A stretch of 30,472 nt of DNA from a virus (taxonomy: Duplodnaviria; Caudoviricetes). A model generated the notes under the pieces. The model made no database searches. It worked only from the letters and a program-made list of their open reading frames with translations, and was not told the DNA's origin. A program made the translations under genes and the position numbers. This document shows, one piece after another, positions 1 to 10,187 of this stretch. Numbering within the stretch: position 1 is the stretch's first letter; the number at the start of each line of letters is the position of its first letter. Location: the IMG/VR virus record IMGVR_UViG_3300016476_000568, positions 1-30,472 of that record; one strand, 5' to 3'.

Positions 1-56
1 GTGCGCTTAGGTTTGTTGTAGCCTGCGAACTTTTCGCCACGATACTCAATAGCCAT
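1..56 (-). CDS. Partial small phage protein (MAIEYRGEKFAGYNKPKR...), runs off the window
   Basis: ATG at 56 overlaps the upstream stop (TAATG); open to the window edge. Confidence 0.75.
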   Translation of the reverse strand, partial: MAIEYRGEKFAGYNKPKR

Positions 57-337
57 TACTTAACAATACCTGTCTCTACTTGCCATTCATACTTGGCTTT
101 CTTTTCCATCTCGGCAGAACCATCAATCGCTTTAGGTTGCAGCCCTTCTTTGCGGAGACGTTTATATGCGGGCATATCCACATTCCACTGCTTCTCACGC
201 TTATTCACTTGTTCCACCTGTTGACCACGGGTAGTGGTGGTGTTCATACCTGTACGGACGTGGGCGATACGGCAGCCGAAGCAGCCTTCCACATCCAGGT
301 TAGGGTGAGTTTCACGATGCTTCAATGTATTCCCCAT
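56..337 (-). CDS. Hypothetical phage protein with H..HP..CxxC motif
   Basis: ORF in late operon, HRETHP...CFGC; the true start may be the TTG a few codons in. Confidence 0.8.
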   Translation of the reverse strand: MGNTLKHRETHPNLDVEGCFGCRIAHVRTGMNTTTTRGQQVEQVNKREKQWNVDMPAYKRLRKEGLQPKAIDGSAEMEKKAKYEWQVETGIVK

Positions 338-584
338 ATCCAGCAGCCGTCAGGTCTGCTTCTTCCGTGGCGTCAATAATGTTTTCGTGTCCACCGAAAT
401 AGATTTTTTCTATCATGTCAAAGGTGGCTGGCTGGTTCTCTGTGTACCCGCCGTCTGTCAACTTGTACACGTTGCGTCCACGAGGTCCGTTGGCTACACG
501 GGCGAATAGCCGTGATTCTGGGCTGTTGTCGTATAGGTCTGTCCAATACACAAAGTCATCTGTTGGTGGACGAAACACAGCCAT
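312..584 (-). CDS. Hypothetical virion-module protein, probably leaderless
   Basis: 90 aa ORF after the capsid gene; TGcTATTAT ends 6 nt before the ATG. Confidence 0.8.
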   Translation of the reverse strand: MAVFRPPTDDFVYWTDLYDNSPESRLFARVANGPRGRNVYKLTDGGYTENQPATFDMIEKIYFGGHENIIDATEEADLTAAGYGEYIEAS

Positions 585-590
585 ACATTC

Positions 591-599
591 ATAATAGCA
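591..599 (-). promoter_or_regulatory. Extended -10 promoter (TGcTATTAT) for a leaderless mRNA
   Basis: Predicted +1 coincides with the A of the ATG at 584. Confidence 0.55.
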
Positions 600-627
600 A
601 AAGCCCCCCGCCTTTCGGACAGGGGGC
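599..627 (-). terminator. Rho-independent terminator after the major capsid gene
   Basis: GCCCCCTGTCC-GAAA-GGCGGGGGGC-TTTT. Confidence 0.8.
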
Positions 628-649
628 CTCGCTAACTGGGTTCAGTTAA

Positions 650-1621
650 TTATGAAGCGTTAGCACCAATGCTGGATGCTGACTCAATTCGGCGGAGGCT
701 TGCCTCACGGAAGCGTCCGTATCCACCAAGCCAGTACCAACCGAGAGGCTGAAGACGCATGAGAAGGTCTGTCACGTTTCCACGGACAATCTTCGGAACA
801 GCGCCGTTACCATCGGTGATGGAGTGTGCCTTAGCAAGAGCCTGACGACCCATGATGAGCGTTGCATAAACGTCAATGTTTCCTGCTGCACCAGCGTTGT
901 CTGATGCGTTTGCAAACAATGGCGCACGAGGCGTCTCAATGAAACGGACACCTTCAAAGGTTCCGATTTCACCGTTGTAGATGCCTGATGGGTTGACGTA
1001 GTTTGCAGGGGTACGCCATGCTGCAGCGTCGGTTGAACTACGGAAGTCGTAGGACACGTCTGGGTGGATGTAGCCCATGTAGGTTCCGTTGAAGGTTGCT
1101 ACGTTTGCTGCACGAAGTTTTGCAACTTCCTTACGGACGTCATTCGCTGCAAGCACGTCATCGGAGTTGATGGTGGTACGGCTTGTTGGGTCGGTTGCAC
1201 CGCCCGTTGCGTATGACACGTTGGAACCGCCAGCAAGAACGTCACGCACAACACGGTCAATGGAGTCACCAGCGTTGTAACCAACAATGTTGGCTGCTGC
1301 TGCGTCAACGTCCAAGAACGAGGTTCCACGGAGTTTTGCGGTGGTAACAACTGCGTTACCGTATTCAGCGAGGGTAACTGTTACCTGGCTGTCCGACAAT
1401 GCAACTGGGGTAACGTCTGTTACTTCGTTGAGTGTGGAGGTTGCAGGCGACAAGTCGCTGAAGATTGTGAATGTGACAGCCGAACCTGGCATTGATTGTG
1501 CGGTTGGCATAACGTCTGCAGCCTGGTCAAACAAGAGTTCTGAACGCAATGCGAAATAGGCAATGCGGTCAAACGCTGTCTGGTCTACTGCAAGGGAGGA
1601 GGTAGTTGTTTCTCCAGCCAT
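650..1621 (-). CDS. Major capsid protein (N4-gp56-like family)
   Basis: 323 aa; VTLAEYGN, YIHPDVSYD, GEIGTFEGVRFIET and LGWY motifs; follows scaffold, precedes terminator. Confidence 0.92.
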   Translation of the reverse strand: MAGETTTSSLAVDQTAFDRIAYFALRSELLFDQAADVMPTAQSMPGSAVTFTIFSDLSPATSTLNEVTDVTPVALSDSQVTVTLAEYGNAVVTTAKLRGTSFLDVDAAAANIVGYNAGDSIDRVVRDVLAGGSNVSYATGGATDPTSRTTINSDDVLAANDVRKEVAKLRAANVATFNGTYMGYIHPDVSYDFRSSTDAAAWRTPANYVNPSGIYNGEIGTFEGVRFIETPRAPLFANASDNAGAAGNIDVYATLIMGRQALAKAHSITDGNGAVPKIVRGNVTDLLMRLQPLGWYWLGGYGRFREASLRRIESASSIGANAS

Positions 1622-1647
1622 TTTGATTTTCCTTTACGGGTTGAAGT

Positions 1648-2076
1648 TTAGAGTAATTCTCGTGCTTCAGCCAGGATTGCCAAGACTTCTTCTTCTGAGG
1701 AGGCTTCGTTGATTCGCTTGTTCCAGTCCACAGGTGGTTGGGCTGTGCCTTGACCCTGGGCTACATTTTCAGTTCGCTTCCAGGCGGCGGCTTCTTCACC
1801 GTTGTTCGGGGTGCTAATCAAGTTTGCTTCCACAGCAGCCTGCTTGATGGCTTCTGGAGTTAGTTCACCGTCATAGGCCTTAACGAAATATTGCGTCATC
1901 TTGTCTTGCAGGTTTAGTCCTGCTTCCAAGAACGATGCCTTTCGTGCGGCTTGTTCGGCTTGTTGCGCCCGCCTTTCGGCTTCTGCAAGTTGCTTCTCCA
2001 GTTCCTTCATCCTTGCCCGAACTGGGTTGCGGGTTTCGGTTTCAGACTGTTCGTCTTCGTAATCGTACTCTGACAT
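1648..2076 (-). CDS. Capsid scaffolding protein
   Basis: Acidic coiled-coil 142 aa protein directly upstream of the capsid gene; AAGGAG RBS. Confidence 0.75.
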   Translation of the reverse strand: MSEYDYEDEQSETETRNPVRARMKELEKQLAEAERRAQQAEQAARKASFLEAGLNLQDKMTQYFVKAYDGELTPEAIKQAAVEANLISTPNNGEEAAAWKRTENVAQGQGTAQPPVDWNKRINEASSEEEVLAILAEARELL

Positions 2077-2211
2077 ATGGCACTCTCCTTAGAGTCCACA
2101 CCACATCGGAGGTATGTGGTGGCTACGTTTGATTTGCACCCCTTGTTACGCTGCGCTATCGGGGGATGTCACGCAGGTTTCAGCCTTCGGCTTACAGGTG
2201 TCACTATAACA
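2077..2211 (-). promoter_or_regulatory. Extended -10 promoter (TGtTATAGT, 2203-2211) plus structured ~120 nt leader of the scaffold-capsid operon
   Basis: Three hairpins and two possible loop pairings (see findings). Confidence 0.6.
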
Positions 2212-2213
2212 CA

Positions 2214-3050
2214 CTATTGTCCGACTGTGCGTAGTCCTGTCACTCCTTGTTGAGTTTCTGCTAGGCCGCCACCTGCTTCAAACTCTGCTTGTCGTTGACG
2301 GCGGCGTGAAGCGATACGTTGTGCTGCTGCTGCGTTAGTGCCGAAGGTTCCTGCGATTTGTTCTTCAACGCTGATGGCTTGTTCGCCTTCTACCATTGGT
2401 CGGAACAGTTCTTGTGTTTCTGCGAGTTGTGCGAAACCTTGTTGTGCTGTGGATTGTCCTACGCCACGAGCGACCAGTTCTTCTGATTGGGCTGCGGTGA
2501 GTTGGAGTCCTTGTTCACGGGCTGCGTTTGCTCGTCTTGCGGCTTCTGCTTTCTTCACTGCTTCTGTTTGTTGGAAACGGGTTGGGTCAATGAGGAACGC
2601 TGCGATGTCGGAGTCGTTGAGTCCGTAGAGTCGTTTTAGTTCTTCTTTGGTCCCTGGTTCTGTTTCCATTACCGCACGGTAACCTCTTTGGATTCGGGTG
2701 TTGAGTTCGTCTGCTCGGACATCGTTGCCGATGAAGTTGGCGAAATCTTCCTGTGAATCGTAAAACCCTTTGGGCATACCATTAGCACGAAGCGTGTCAC
2801 GAAACTCCTCCTCAATCTTCAAATAGTCCTGCTCATTGATTGGTGGCAGACCACGTTGCTTACGCAACTCCAACCCCTTAAAACGAGCCTTGTACTGGGC
2901 TGTGTCACGGACAGCACGGAACACAGAGTTCAAAGCATACGGACCTGTGAACTGGTCAGGGTCATCCTGAATAGCGGCATCAAGGTTCCCAATCAAACCT
3001 TCCAAGCCGTACTCACGAAGAATGTCTAGTGCTTCATCTCTTGCAGCCAT
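2214..3050 (-). CDS. Hypothetical virion protein (putative internal/ejection protein)
   Basis: 278 aa helical Ala/Gln-rich ORF, coupled to upstream gene by TAATG. Confidence 0.7.
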   Translation of the reverse strand: MAARDEALDILREYGLEGLIGNLDAAIQDDPDQFTGPYALNSVFRAVRDTAQYKARFKGLELRKQRGLPPINEQDYLKIEEEFRDTLRANGMPKGFYDSQEDFANFIGNDVRADELNTRIQRGYRAVMETEPGTKEELKRLYGLNDSDIAAFLIDPTRFQQTEAVKKAEAARRANAAREQGLQLTAAQSEELVARGVGQSTAQQGFAQLAETQELFRPMVEGEQAISVEEQIAGTFGTNAAAAQRIASRRRQRQAEFEAGGGLAETQQGVTGLRTVGQ

Positions 3051-4852
3051 TACGCCATCTTTCCAAATCCCTGGGCCAAGCCCATCGCTACGTTACGGTA
3101 TATATCTTTAGCCTGGTCAGTGTTCTGCCACTCAGGAAGGCTACGAAGATACTTGTTCCACTCCCACAAATCCATCTGACGGTACTCGTTCGTCTTCGGG
3201 TCACGATAGTTAAGAGCCTTGTTCCACTTGTCGCTAGTCCAGTCAATCTCAGACATATCAACAGCAGAACCGAGAGTTGCCTGGGCCTGTTGCTTATAGG
3301 CGTACAGTGCTGTCTCAACGTCCTGTCCTTTGTCTAGGGCTGGCTGGAGTGAACGGAACTGTGTCTTGGCGGAGTCACGCATGAGGTCTTCCCATTGTGT
3401 CTCTGATTTTTCACCACGCATAATCTGTTGAATCCAAGTATCAATCTGCGAGTCAGATGGTTTCTGTGCATACGCCGCAGCCTTCTGGCGAAGGTTGCGT
3501 CCGACAACACCTGAACGCAGGTCAGCGATTCCTTGTGCGCCACCAAGTTGTGCAGTAGCAATCGCTTCGGAACCAATAGCATTTGAGAGTTGCTGTGCTG
3601 ACCAGCCAAACTTGATTTTATCTGTGGCTAGTTTGCGGAGAGTGTTGTCGTCAAGAGTGATGCCTGTCGCTGTTGTGCTGGCTCGCAGCCCTTCTACTTC
3701 CTGGTTGATTTCGTCATCCAGAGTTGCTGGGTCTGTTGATTGGCGGATAGCGAACTGACGGGCAGACTGTTGGGTAGTACGGAACCAGCCAGTGTTAGTC
3801 AACGAAGCCGTCAACTTAGTTTCGTCATTGAACCAACCTTCCTTAACGGACTGGTCAATAACTTTCTTCACATCGGCGTTGCCGTTGTATACGTCCCAGA
3901 GTGAACCGAATTCTTGCTGGATGATTTGTTGCCAACGTTGTCCACCAACTTTGACTTTTTCTCCATCAACAACAACAGTTGTTCCGCCACCAGCAGCAGG
4001 TCGGCTTGGTGTCGTTGTTGTTTTCTTGGTTGTCGTTGTTGTCTTAGGGGCTGTCGGGCCTGTCGTTTTCGCACCTGTTGGGCCAGTAACTTTTGCGCCT
4101 GTTGTAGTGGTTGTTGTTGGACCAGTCGGGCCAGTAGCACCAGTAGGCCCTGTCTGGGTTGCAGTTGCAGTTTTACCAGAACGGAGATTATCAATGACAG
4201 CATTTCTACGGTCAAGTTCTGCCTGATTGGTAACAACTTTACGAGTAGACCTTGTTGCCGAAGGACCATTACCCTTAATAATTGTTTCTGTTCTGATGGT
4301 TCCCTGTTCGGCAAATCTGTCAAGGAACTGGTCTGCCTGCTTCGGGCTTTCCGTTAAGAAACTTTTGAATCGTGAATCCTTTGTCGGGTCAATAGCAATA
4401 TTGGTTAAACGTGTAACATCTCTGCCGTTTTCACCCTTTAATGTGACTTCACGTTTTACAACAGCAACAATGTTCTTGTTTGATTTAACAAAATCAGAAA
4501 CCTTTTTCCACGCTTCATAGTTCGCTACAGCACTGTCAAAGTCTTTTACATCAATAGCGGCGGCTTCATTGTAGAGACGCAAGAATTCTTCACCAGCAGC
4601 ATTTGATTTTGCTTGGTCACCAACACTAGGTCCGTATCTGCCGTACTTCTTTTTGTCTGCTTCAAGTTGTTTTACTTTTGCTTTTTTGTCTTTGATTAGT
4701 TTGTCAAGTTGAGAAGATGTGTAGGTCTTACCACCAACAACATAACCACGTTTCTTGCTGTCATATGAAACTGTATTCAGGTCTTCAATTTCCGAATTAA
4801 GTTTCTTAATGTCGTCATCGTAGAAGTTTGGGTTAGGAACATATGATGCCAT
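3050..4852 (-). CDS. Putative internal virion protein with Thr/Gly/Pro-rich linker
   Basis: 600 aa; central TGPTGATGPTGPTTTT tract. Confidence 0.7.
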   Translation of the reverse strand: MASYVPNPNFYDDDIKKLNSEIEDLNTVSYDSKKRGYVVGGKTYTSSQLDKLIKDKKAKVKQLEADKKKYGRYGPSVGDQAKSNAAGEEFLRLYNEAAAIDVKDFDSAVANYEAWKKVSDFVKSNKNIVAVVKREVTLKGENGRDVTRLTNIAIDPTKDSRFKSFLTESPKQADQFLDRFAEQGTIRTETIIKGNGPSATRSTRKVVTNQAELDRRNAVIDNLRSGKTATATQTGPTGATGPTGPTTTTTTGAKVTGPTGAKTTGPTAPKTTTTTKKTTTTPSRPAAGGGTTVVVDGEKVKVGGQRWQQIIQQEFGSLWDVYNGNADVKKVIDQSVKEGWFNDETKLTASLTNTGWFRTTQQSARQFAIRQSTDPATLDDEINQEVEGLRASTTATGITLDDNTLRKLATDKIKFGWSAQQLSNAIGSEAIATAQLGGAQGIADLRSGVVGRNLRQKAAAYAQKPSDSQIDTWIQQIMRGEKSETQWEDLMRDSAKTQFRSLQPALDKGQDVETALYAYKQQAQATLGSAVDMSEIDWTSDKWNKALNYRDPKTNEYRQMDLWEWNKYLRSLPEWQNTDQAKDIYRNVAMGLAQGFGKMA

Positions 4853-5607
4853 TACAGACCCTCAATCAGTTTCGCTACGTTGCTAATAGCACTCAAATAC
4901 TTATAACCTTCAGACTCGGCCCCATACTTCTGTTGGATACGGTTCTGGAAAAACACATCAGCCGATGGTGCTTGCTGTGAAGAACCACCCGCCTCAGCAC
5001 GTTGAACACCCTGATATGCAGCAGAAAACTGTTTCGCTTCCGTCTCCGTCAACTTGCGACCAATGGTTGCCAATGCTGTTTTGTTGGCAATCTCTACAAG
5101 GTCAGCAGTATTTGATACTTGCGCTACACGACCAGAACCCTGTGTCATAGGTGCTTGTGCAACAGTGTTGAGAACAGTGTCCCAGGTTACGCCTTTGATG
5201 TTGGCGTAGTACAAAAGGTCGCCAAAGGCTGCTCTGTCGTTATCGCCAAAGCCACCTTCTTTCTTTCTGTTTCCATACCAGCCACGAGAATACAAAGTGT
5301 TAACAAGCCTTCTTCGGGTTGTTTCTTTCAAGCCGCCAAGAATCTGACCAGGGTCAGTGTTCAAGTTATAGAACGGGTAAACCTTTCCATCTGGGGAAAC
5401 AACACCAGATACAGCCATCTGCTTAGGTTTTGTAAAAAGACCTTGTTCAATGCGTTGTGGCGGCATCACATAATTTGGCTGTGCAGGAACATATCCTTCA
5501 CTTACACCAGTCGCACCACCACCAGTTCCACCTGTCCCGCCACCAGAAGGGAACGGGGTATCACCAATTTGGTTATCAAGAAATGCGGAATCACCCATAT
5601 CAGACAT
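4852..5607 (-). CDS. Hypothetical virion protein
   Basis: 251 aa ORF with TAATG overlaps on both sides. Confidence 0.7.
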   Translation of the reverse strand: MSDMGDSAFLDNQIGDTPFPSGGGTGGTGGGATGVSEGYVPAQPNYVMPPQRIEQGLFTKPKQMAVSGVVSPDGKVYPFYNLNTDPGQILGGLKETTRRRLVNTLYSRGWYGNRKKEGGFGDNDRAAFGDLLYYANIKGVTWDTVLNTVAQAPMTQGSGRVAQVSNTADLVEIANKTALATIGRKLTETEAKQFSAAYQGVQRAEAGGSSQQAPSADVFFQNRIQQKYGAESEGYKYLSAISNVAKLIEGL

Positions 5608-8600
5608 TAGTCAATCTCCTGTGACAGTAGACGGTCATAAACCCTAGCAAACTCTGGGTACTGCTCAATAAGAGCATCAGCGTGAGAAGCCAAATATTCG
5701 TGCAAGTCACCAAGTTCATCGCTCTTTAATGTTTGGAAACCACGCTTGTTGGCTTCAGCCAGTGCAAGGTTGCGTATTTCTTCGTACTCCAACACAGCCT
5801 TAGCAACAGGGTTGTCTTGCAGGTCGTCACGTTTCGCAGCCTCAAACAAAGAGTTGATGTTGCGTGGGACCTCTGTCGGGTCGTATTCCATCTCGCCAAA
5901 GCCAGGGTACTTGGCAATGATTTTCTTTTTGTAGTCAGCCAGATAAGCACGGGTTTGCTTATTCATATTGGGGCCGAGGTATTCTTTCATGTCCTTGTAG
6001 TACGCCAAGCCGATAGCCTTTTGTGAGGCGTTAAGGATTTCTTCTGGGGTGAGACGGCGGCGCTTACCTGTACGCAACTGGCGGGTGTACACCTCAAAGT
6101 CAAACTCTGTACCCATCGGACCGAAGTATCCAGCGACACCTTTGTATTGGCGGAACAAAGCATCGTTACGGCGTTCAAAGTCACCGAACTGTTCTGATGC
6201 TTCCAGGCCACCAGCCTCGGATACTGTCTTGCCAGAGAGGTATGCGAAGGCGTCTTCACCGAAGATTTCAATGAAGCGAAGGTTTGCGGTGTCGTAGTTT
6301 TGGTTGCGGAGTGACTGCAATGCTGCGGCTAGACCAGAAGTATGAATGTCGCCTACTGCTGTTTCTACTGTTACGTCATAGTCACCTGCGGCTGGACCAG
6401 TAAATTGCGTTAAGCCACGAAGTACCACAAGGATACGGGCCTTGTCACGGGCTTCTTCCAGTAGACGGTCACGGTCATTCGGGTTAGCCAAATCGTACTT
6501 ACCCGTAGACGACAAAGCCTGCATAGTCTCGGCATAAGTGTTAGCGAAGAAACGCCCGTTAGTTTGGCCCGTAATACCGTCATAGATTTTTTGGATATAA
6601 GACGGGGTTAACGCACCAACAACGTTGGTTTTCTCACCGTATGGGAGCATGACACTACGAACAAAGTCAAGCGATGGCGTGTCCTTCAACAGTGCGCTTG
6701 CCGCTACGGTAGCCATAGGTCCAAGACCAGGACGAACGTCCAAACCGAGGAACAAACCTTTTACTGGTGCAGCAAGTTCAGCATCAACACCTGTCACCAT
6801 CTTGGTCAGATTCCCTGTTAACGGGAACGTGAATGACCATTGCCCGTTGGTTGGGTCTTTGAAGAAGAATCCACGTCCGTCACCATCAGGGTCAAAGTCA
6901 CGTCCACCCTCAATAAGTAACTGCATCTTACGAAGGGTTTGAGCATTAGGGAGATAGCCAAGTTCTCCACCCTTTACAGGCACAAACGAGAATCGTGCGA
7001 GACGACCCAAAAACTCTGCCTGTTGCTGTGCGAATGGTGAAATAAGACGAAGAACGTCAGTTGCGTTACGGCGCTCAACAGCGTTATACACCATCTTCTG
7101 ATATTCATCAAGGGCTTTACCAGAAGCAAAAGAACTAACTTCCTCAGCGTTTAATGTTCCATAGAGTTTGTCGGGGTTAGCCTTCAAGTCTTGAAGTTTC
7201 GCCCACAAACCAGGTGTCAAAAATTCTTCTGGGTTATTGCTACGTTCCGTGATGTCATCAATGATTTTGTTCAATGATGCCTCGTCAAGGGAGATAGCAA
7301 GTTTGTCTACCCAATCATAGTAGAGACTCTTAAATGCTGGGGAACGTTCAAGTGTGGCGATTGGTTTTGTGTACAGGTACGAGTGAAAAGCGTTAACCAT
7401 ACGGTCCATTGATTTCAGCAGCGATGCTGATTGTGGGTTGCGTGGGTCACGGATTTCACCAACAGAAACCTTCGGCATATTGGGGTCCATATAGATTGCT
7501 TCGTCACGGAGCAGTTCTTCAAGGCGAAGACTGTTATCTCCTGCGCCATCAAATGCGAACGGTGAAACATTAAACGTTGTGCCTGCTGCGGTTTCGTCAA
7601 TGGATTCAACACGGGCAAGATAGGTTTGCTTTACCTTACGCTTGCCTACGTTGCGAACCGTGCTTACTTCTACACGTCCACCAACACGCATATCGCCAGC
7701 AATGTTCTTTGCGTCTACTGCTTCAATGCGACCAGTGAGGCGTCCCTGGCCCACAACATCAAGTAGTTCAAGGTTTCTTCCTGTTACTTTGTCAAGGCGG
7801 GCAGAGTTTGACTGGAGCAAATAGCGAAGGTTATCGGCTTCTTCAAGGTCAATACGTTCAAAAGATGTTTGACGTGTTGTCTTGTTGTAGATTGCTTTGC
7901 CGTTCTTATATGAATCGTTGATGGTATTAAACCATTTAACTGCGTCTTCATCACCAGATTTAACAAGGCTAATGATTTCGTCAATGGATTTACCCTGGGC
8001 TAATGCTCGCATTGACCAGTCAGCGTTAAGGCGTCCTAGTTCGTCACCGTGCGCTCTAGCGACATCGGCGTCCACCTTGTCTAAACGGCGTTCGTATGGC
8101 TTGAAGATTCCTAGTTTTGTTGCACGGCGCTGTGCAGCGAGAGGGTCTTTATAGTATGCGGCAACAATGTCACCAGTGGCAGCACGATAAGCACGGATAG
8201 CGTCATCAACGGAACCTTCACCACCGAGTTGTTCCCAGTTCTGTGCAAGGATGTCACCTTGTCCACGCTTCTTGCCGACCATTGCCCACCATTGGAACGG
8301 GTGGATAAATGGGTTTGCTGCACCAGCCTTACCTGACAATGCGATAGACAACTGCGAGTCAACGGTGTTGCGGAAGAAGTTACCACCAGTGAGTGTGACA
8401 AGTTTACGCCACACGTTTTCTTGGATGTTTTCAACGATTGCTAATGGAAGACGTAACTGGCCTGCTTCGTCAAGACGTGCAAGATTCGGGTCTTTCTTTA
8501 CATAGAACTTGTTGTATTTGTTTGTGAGGCGGCGTACTTGTTTGGGGTCTGGGATAAAGAATTCTTTTTGCCCGATTTCGCCCACTGTTTGTGGACCGAC

Positions 8601-10187
8601 AATAACAATGTCGTCTGCGTCATCGCCTAAACCGTAAATGTTTTTTAGCAAACCTTCGTCTGTTTTTTGGCCTAACTCGTCAAGGTTAAATAGTAGTGTG
8701 TCTTCACGGTATTGGCTGAGACTTGCGTACAGTTGGTCTACTATTTCTTTTGGTGTGCCAAAACGCACCATTGCTTTCTTGGCTTCTTCTTCAAGGTCGT
8801 CATAGAACTTGTTGATTTCTACTTCGTTGCGTGTCGCTAAGAGTTTACCTGCACGGTTAATGAAGTCTTTTCGTAGGTCTGGAACTGCAACATTGCCAGC
8901 ATCATCAAGGATTGCTTCACCTGTTTTGGGGTCAACTTTTGGACCTGAAACCTTAAACAGTTTCAAAGCACGGTCAATAGTTTCTAACTGTTCAATCTGG
9001 TCACGAGGGGTTTCTGCCTGATACAAGTTGACGTGTGTCCGTGGCATCTTTGCAAACGCACGAGACACGCCCTCACCAAATGGTAAAGATTGGATTAAAG
9101 CGTTACGTTGCGCTAGTGAACGATACACACGGCGTCCACCACGAATACCAGCAGTGTTAGTTACTTCTGTGCCGAGAGCGTCCAGCAAACCAGCCATAAC
9201 TTCTTGCTCTGTCTTAGCGTCAGCAAGACGTTGGGTAGTGGCAGGGTCTAACTTTCGTCCCCACAGTTCCCATGTTTCAGCGAAATCGTTTGTTTTTGCG
9301 GTACGTTCAATAATTCGGCGTCCAAAACCAGTAGTAAAGAAACGGTTTGCTTGTTCAAGGTCTACCGATTCACCAATCAAACCAACAGATTCACGCAATG
9401 CTTCACGTTCAGCAGCGTTAAGTTTCGTTAAACCAACTTCTTTTGAACCTTTGCCAACCATACGGGATACGTCAGCGACAGCACCAACAACTTTGCTAGT
9501 GCTACCTGCTTCTTGTGCGGCACGAGCAGCAGAACCAACAGCACCAGCACCAGGGACAACAGGCATACCAAGAGCAAGACCAGCGTCCAAAGCGCCAGAC
9601 AAAGTGCGGTATGCAATAGTGTCAGGCTCTAAAAATGTGGAAGCCAAACCACGACCAATAGTGAAAGCCTCACCGTTGATTTCGCCACGATACCTTCTGG
9701 CCCGTTCAGACTGTAATTCTTTCGCACGACCACCAATGAAGAAACCTGTTCCTGATTCATCGCCGTTAGCAATCATTGAACCCAGGTCGGTAGAAATAAA
9801 CCAGCCGTCTACATCTTCGTTCTTGTCAAAAATCTGGGCGATACCGCCCTGAACGAACTGTGTAGGGAACTCCAACGCTGCAAATGTATAACGTGAAGCA
9901 GTTTTTAATGCGTTAGAAATGTTACCGAATAAACCACTTGGCTTTTTGGGTTTCTTATCAGCCGCTACTGGCGCTGCTTTTTTAGCGATTTCTTTGATTT
10001 GTTCATCAGTGAACTCTGCTTTAGCAGCAGAAAGTTTCAAACCATTAGGAAGAAACGGAAACTGGTTATGGATTTGTCCTACACGTTGCGCTAACTGTGG
10101 TGTAGCAGTGGAACGCATAGCGTTACGTTGACGTTCTTCTTCAGCAATCGTTGTCCAGATTGCATCTTCCATCTCTGGTGTGGACAC
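5607..10187 (-). CDS. Large putative internal virion (ejection) protein
   Basis: 1526 aa, helical, in the structural operon; function inferred from size and context only. Confidence 0.65.
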   Translation of the reverse strand: MSTPEMEDAIWTTIAEEERQRNAMRSTATPQLAQRVGQIHNQFPFLPNGLKLSAAKAEFTDEQIKEIAKKAAPVAADKKPKKPSGLFGNISNALKTASRYTFAALEFPTQFVQGGIAQIFDKNEDVDGWFISTDLGSMIANGDESGTGFFIGGRAKELQSERARRYRGEINGEAFTIGRGLASTFLEPDTIAYRTLSGALDAGLALGMPVVPGAGAVGSAARAAQEAGSTSKVVGAVADVSRMVGKGSKEVGLTKLNAAEREALRESVGLIGESVDLEQANRFFTTGFGRRIIERTAKTNDFAETWELWGRKLDPATTQRLADAKTEQEVMAGLLDALGTEVTNTAGIRGGRRVYRSLAQRNALIQSLPFGEGVSRAFAKMPRTHVNLYQAETPRDQIEQLETIDRALKLFKVSGPKVDPKTGEAILDDAGNVAVPDLRKDFINRAGKLLATRNEVEINKFYDDLEEEAKKAMVRFGTPKEIVDQLYASLSQYREDTLLFNLDELGQKTDEGLLKNIYGLGDDADDIVIVGPQTVGEIGQKEFFIPDPKQVRRLTNKYNKFYVKKDPNLARLDEAGQLRLPLAIVENIQENVWRKLVTLTGGNFFRNTVDSQLSIALSGKAGAANPFIHPFQWWAMVGKKRGQGDILAQNWEQLGGEGSVDDAIRAYRAATGDIVAAYYKDPLAAQRRATKLGIFKPYERRLDKVDADVARAHGDELGRLNADWSMRALAQGKSIDEIISLVKSGDEDAVKWFNTINDSYKNGKAIYNKTTRQTSFERIDLEEADNLRYLLQSNSARLDKVTGRNLELLDVVGQGRLTGRIEAVDAKNIAGDMRVGGRVEVSTVRNVGKRKVKQTYLARVESIDETAAGTTFNVSPFAFDGAGDNSLRLEELLRDEAIYMDPNMPKVSVGEIRDPRNPQSASLLKSMDRMVNAFHSYLYTKPIATLERSPAFKSLYYDWVDKLAISLDEASLNKIIDDITERSNNPEEFLTPGLWAKLQDLKANPDKLYGTLNAEEVSSFASGKALDEYQKMVYNAVERRNATDVLRLISPFAQQQAEFLGRLARFSFVPVKGGELGYLPNAQTLRKMQLLIEGGRDFDPDGDGRGFFFKDPTNGQWSFTFPLTGNLTKMVTGVDAELAAPVKGLFLGLDVRPGLGPMATVAASALLKDTPSLDFVRSVMLPYGEKTNVVGALTPSYIQKIYDGITGQTNGRFFANTYAETMQALSSTGKYDLANPNDRDRLLEEARDKARILVVLRGLTQFTGPAAGDYDVTVETAVGDIHTSGLAAALQSLRNQNYDTANLRFIEIFGEDAFAYLSGKTVSEAGGLEASEQFGDFERRNDALFRQYKGVAGYFGPMGTEFDFEVYTRQLRTGKRRRLTPEEILNASQKAIGLAYYKDMKEYLGPNMNKQTRAYLADYKKKIIAKYPGFGEMEYDPTEVPRNINSLFEAAKRDDLQDNPVAKAVLEYEEIRNLALAEANKRGFQTLKSDELGDLHEYLASHADALIEQYPEFARVYDRLLSQEID

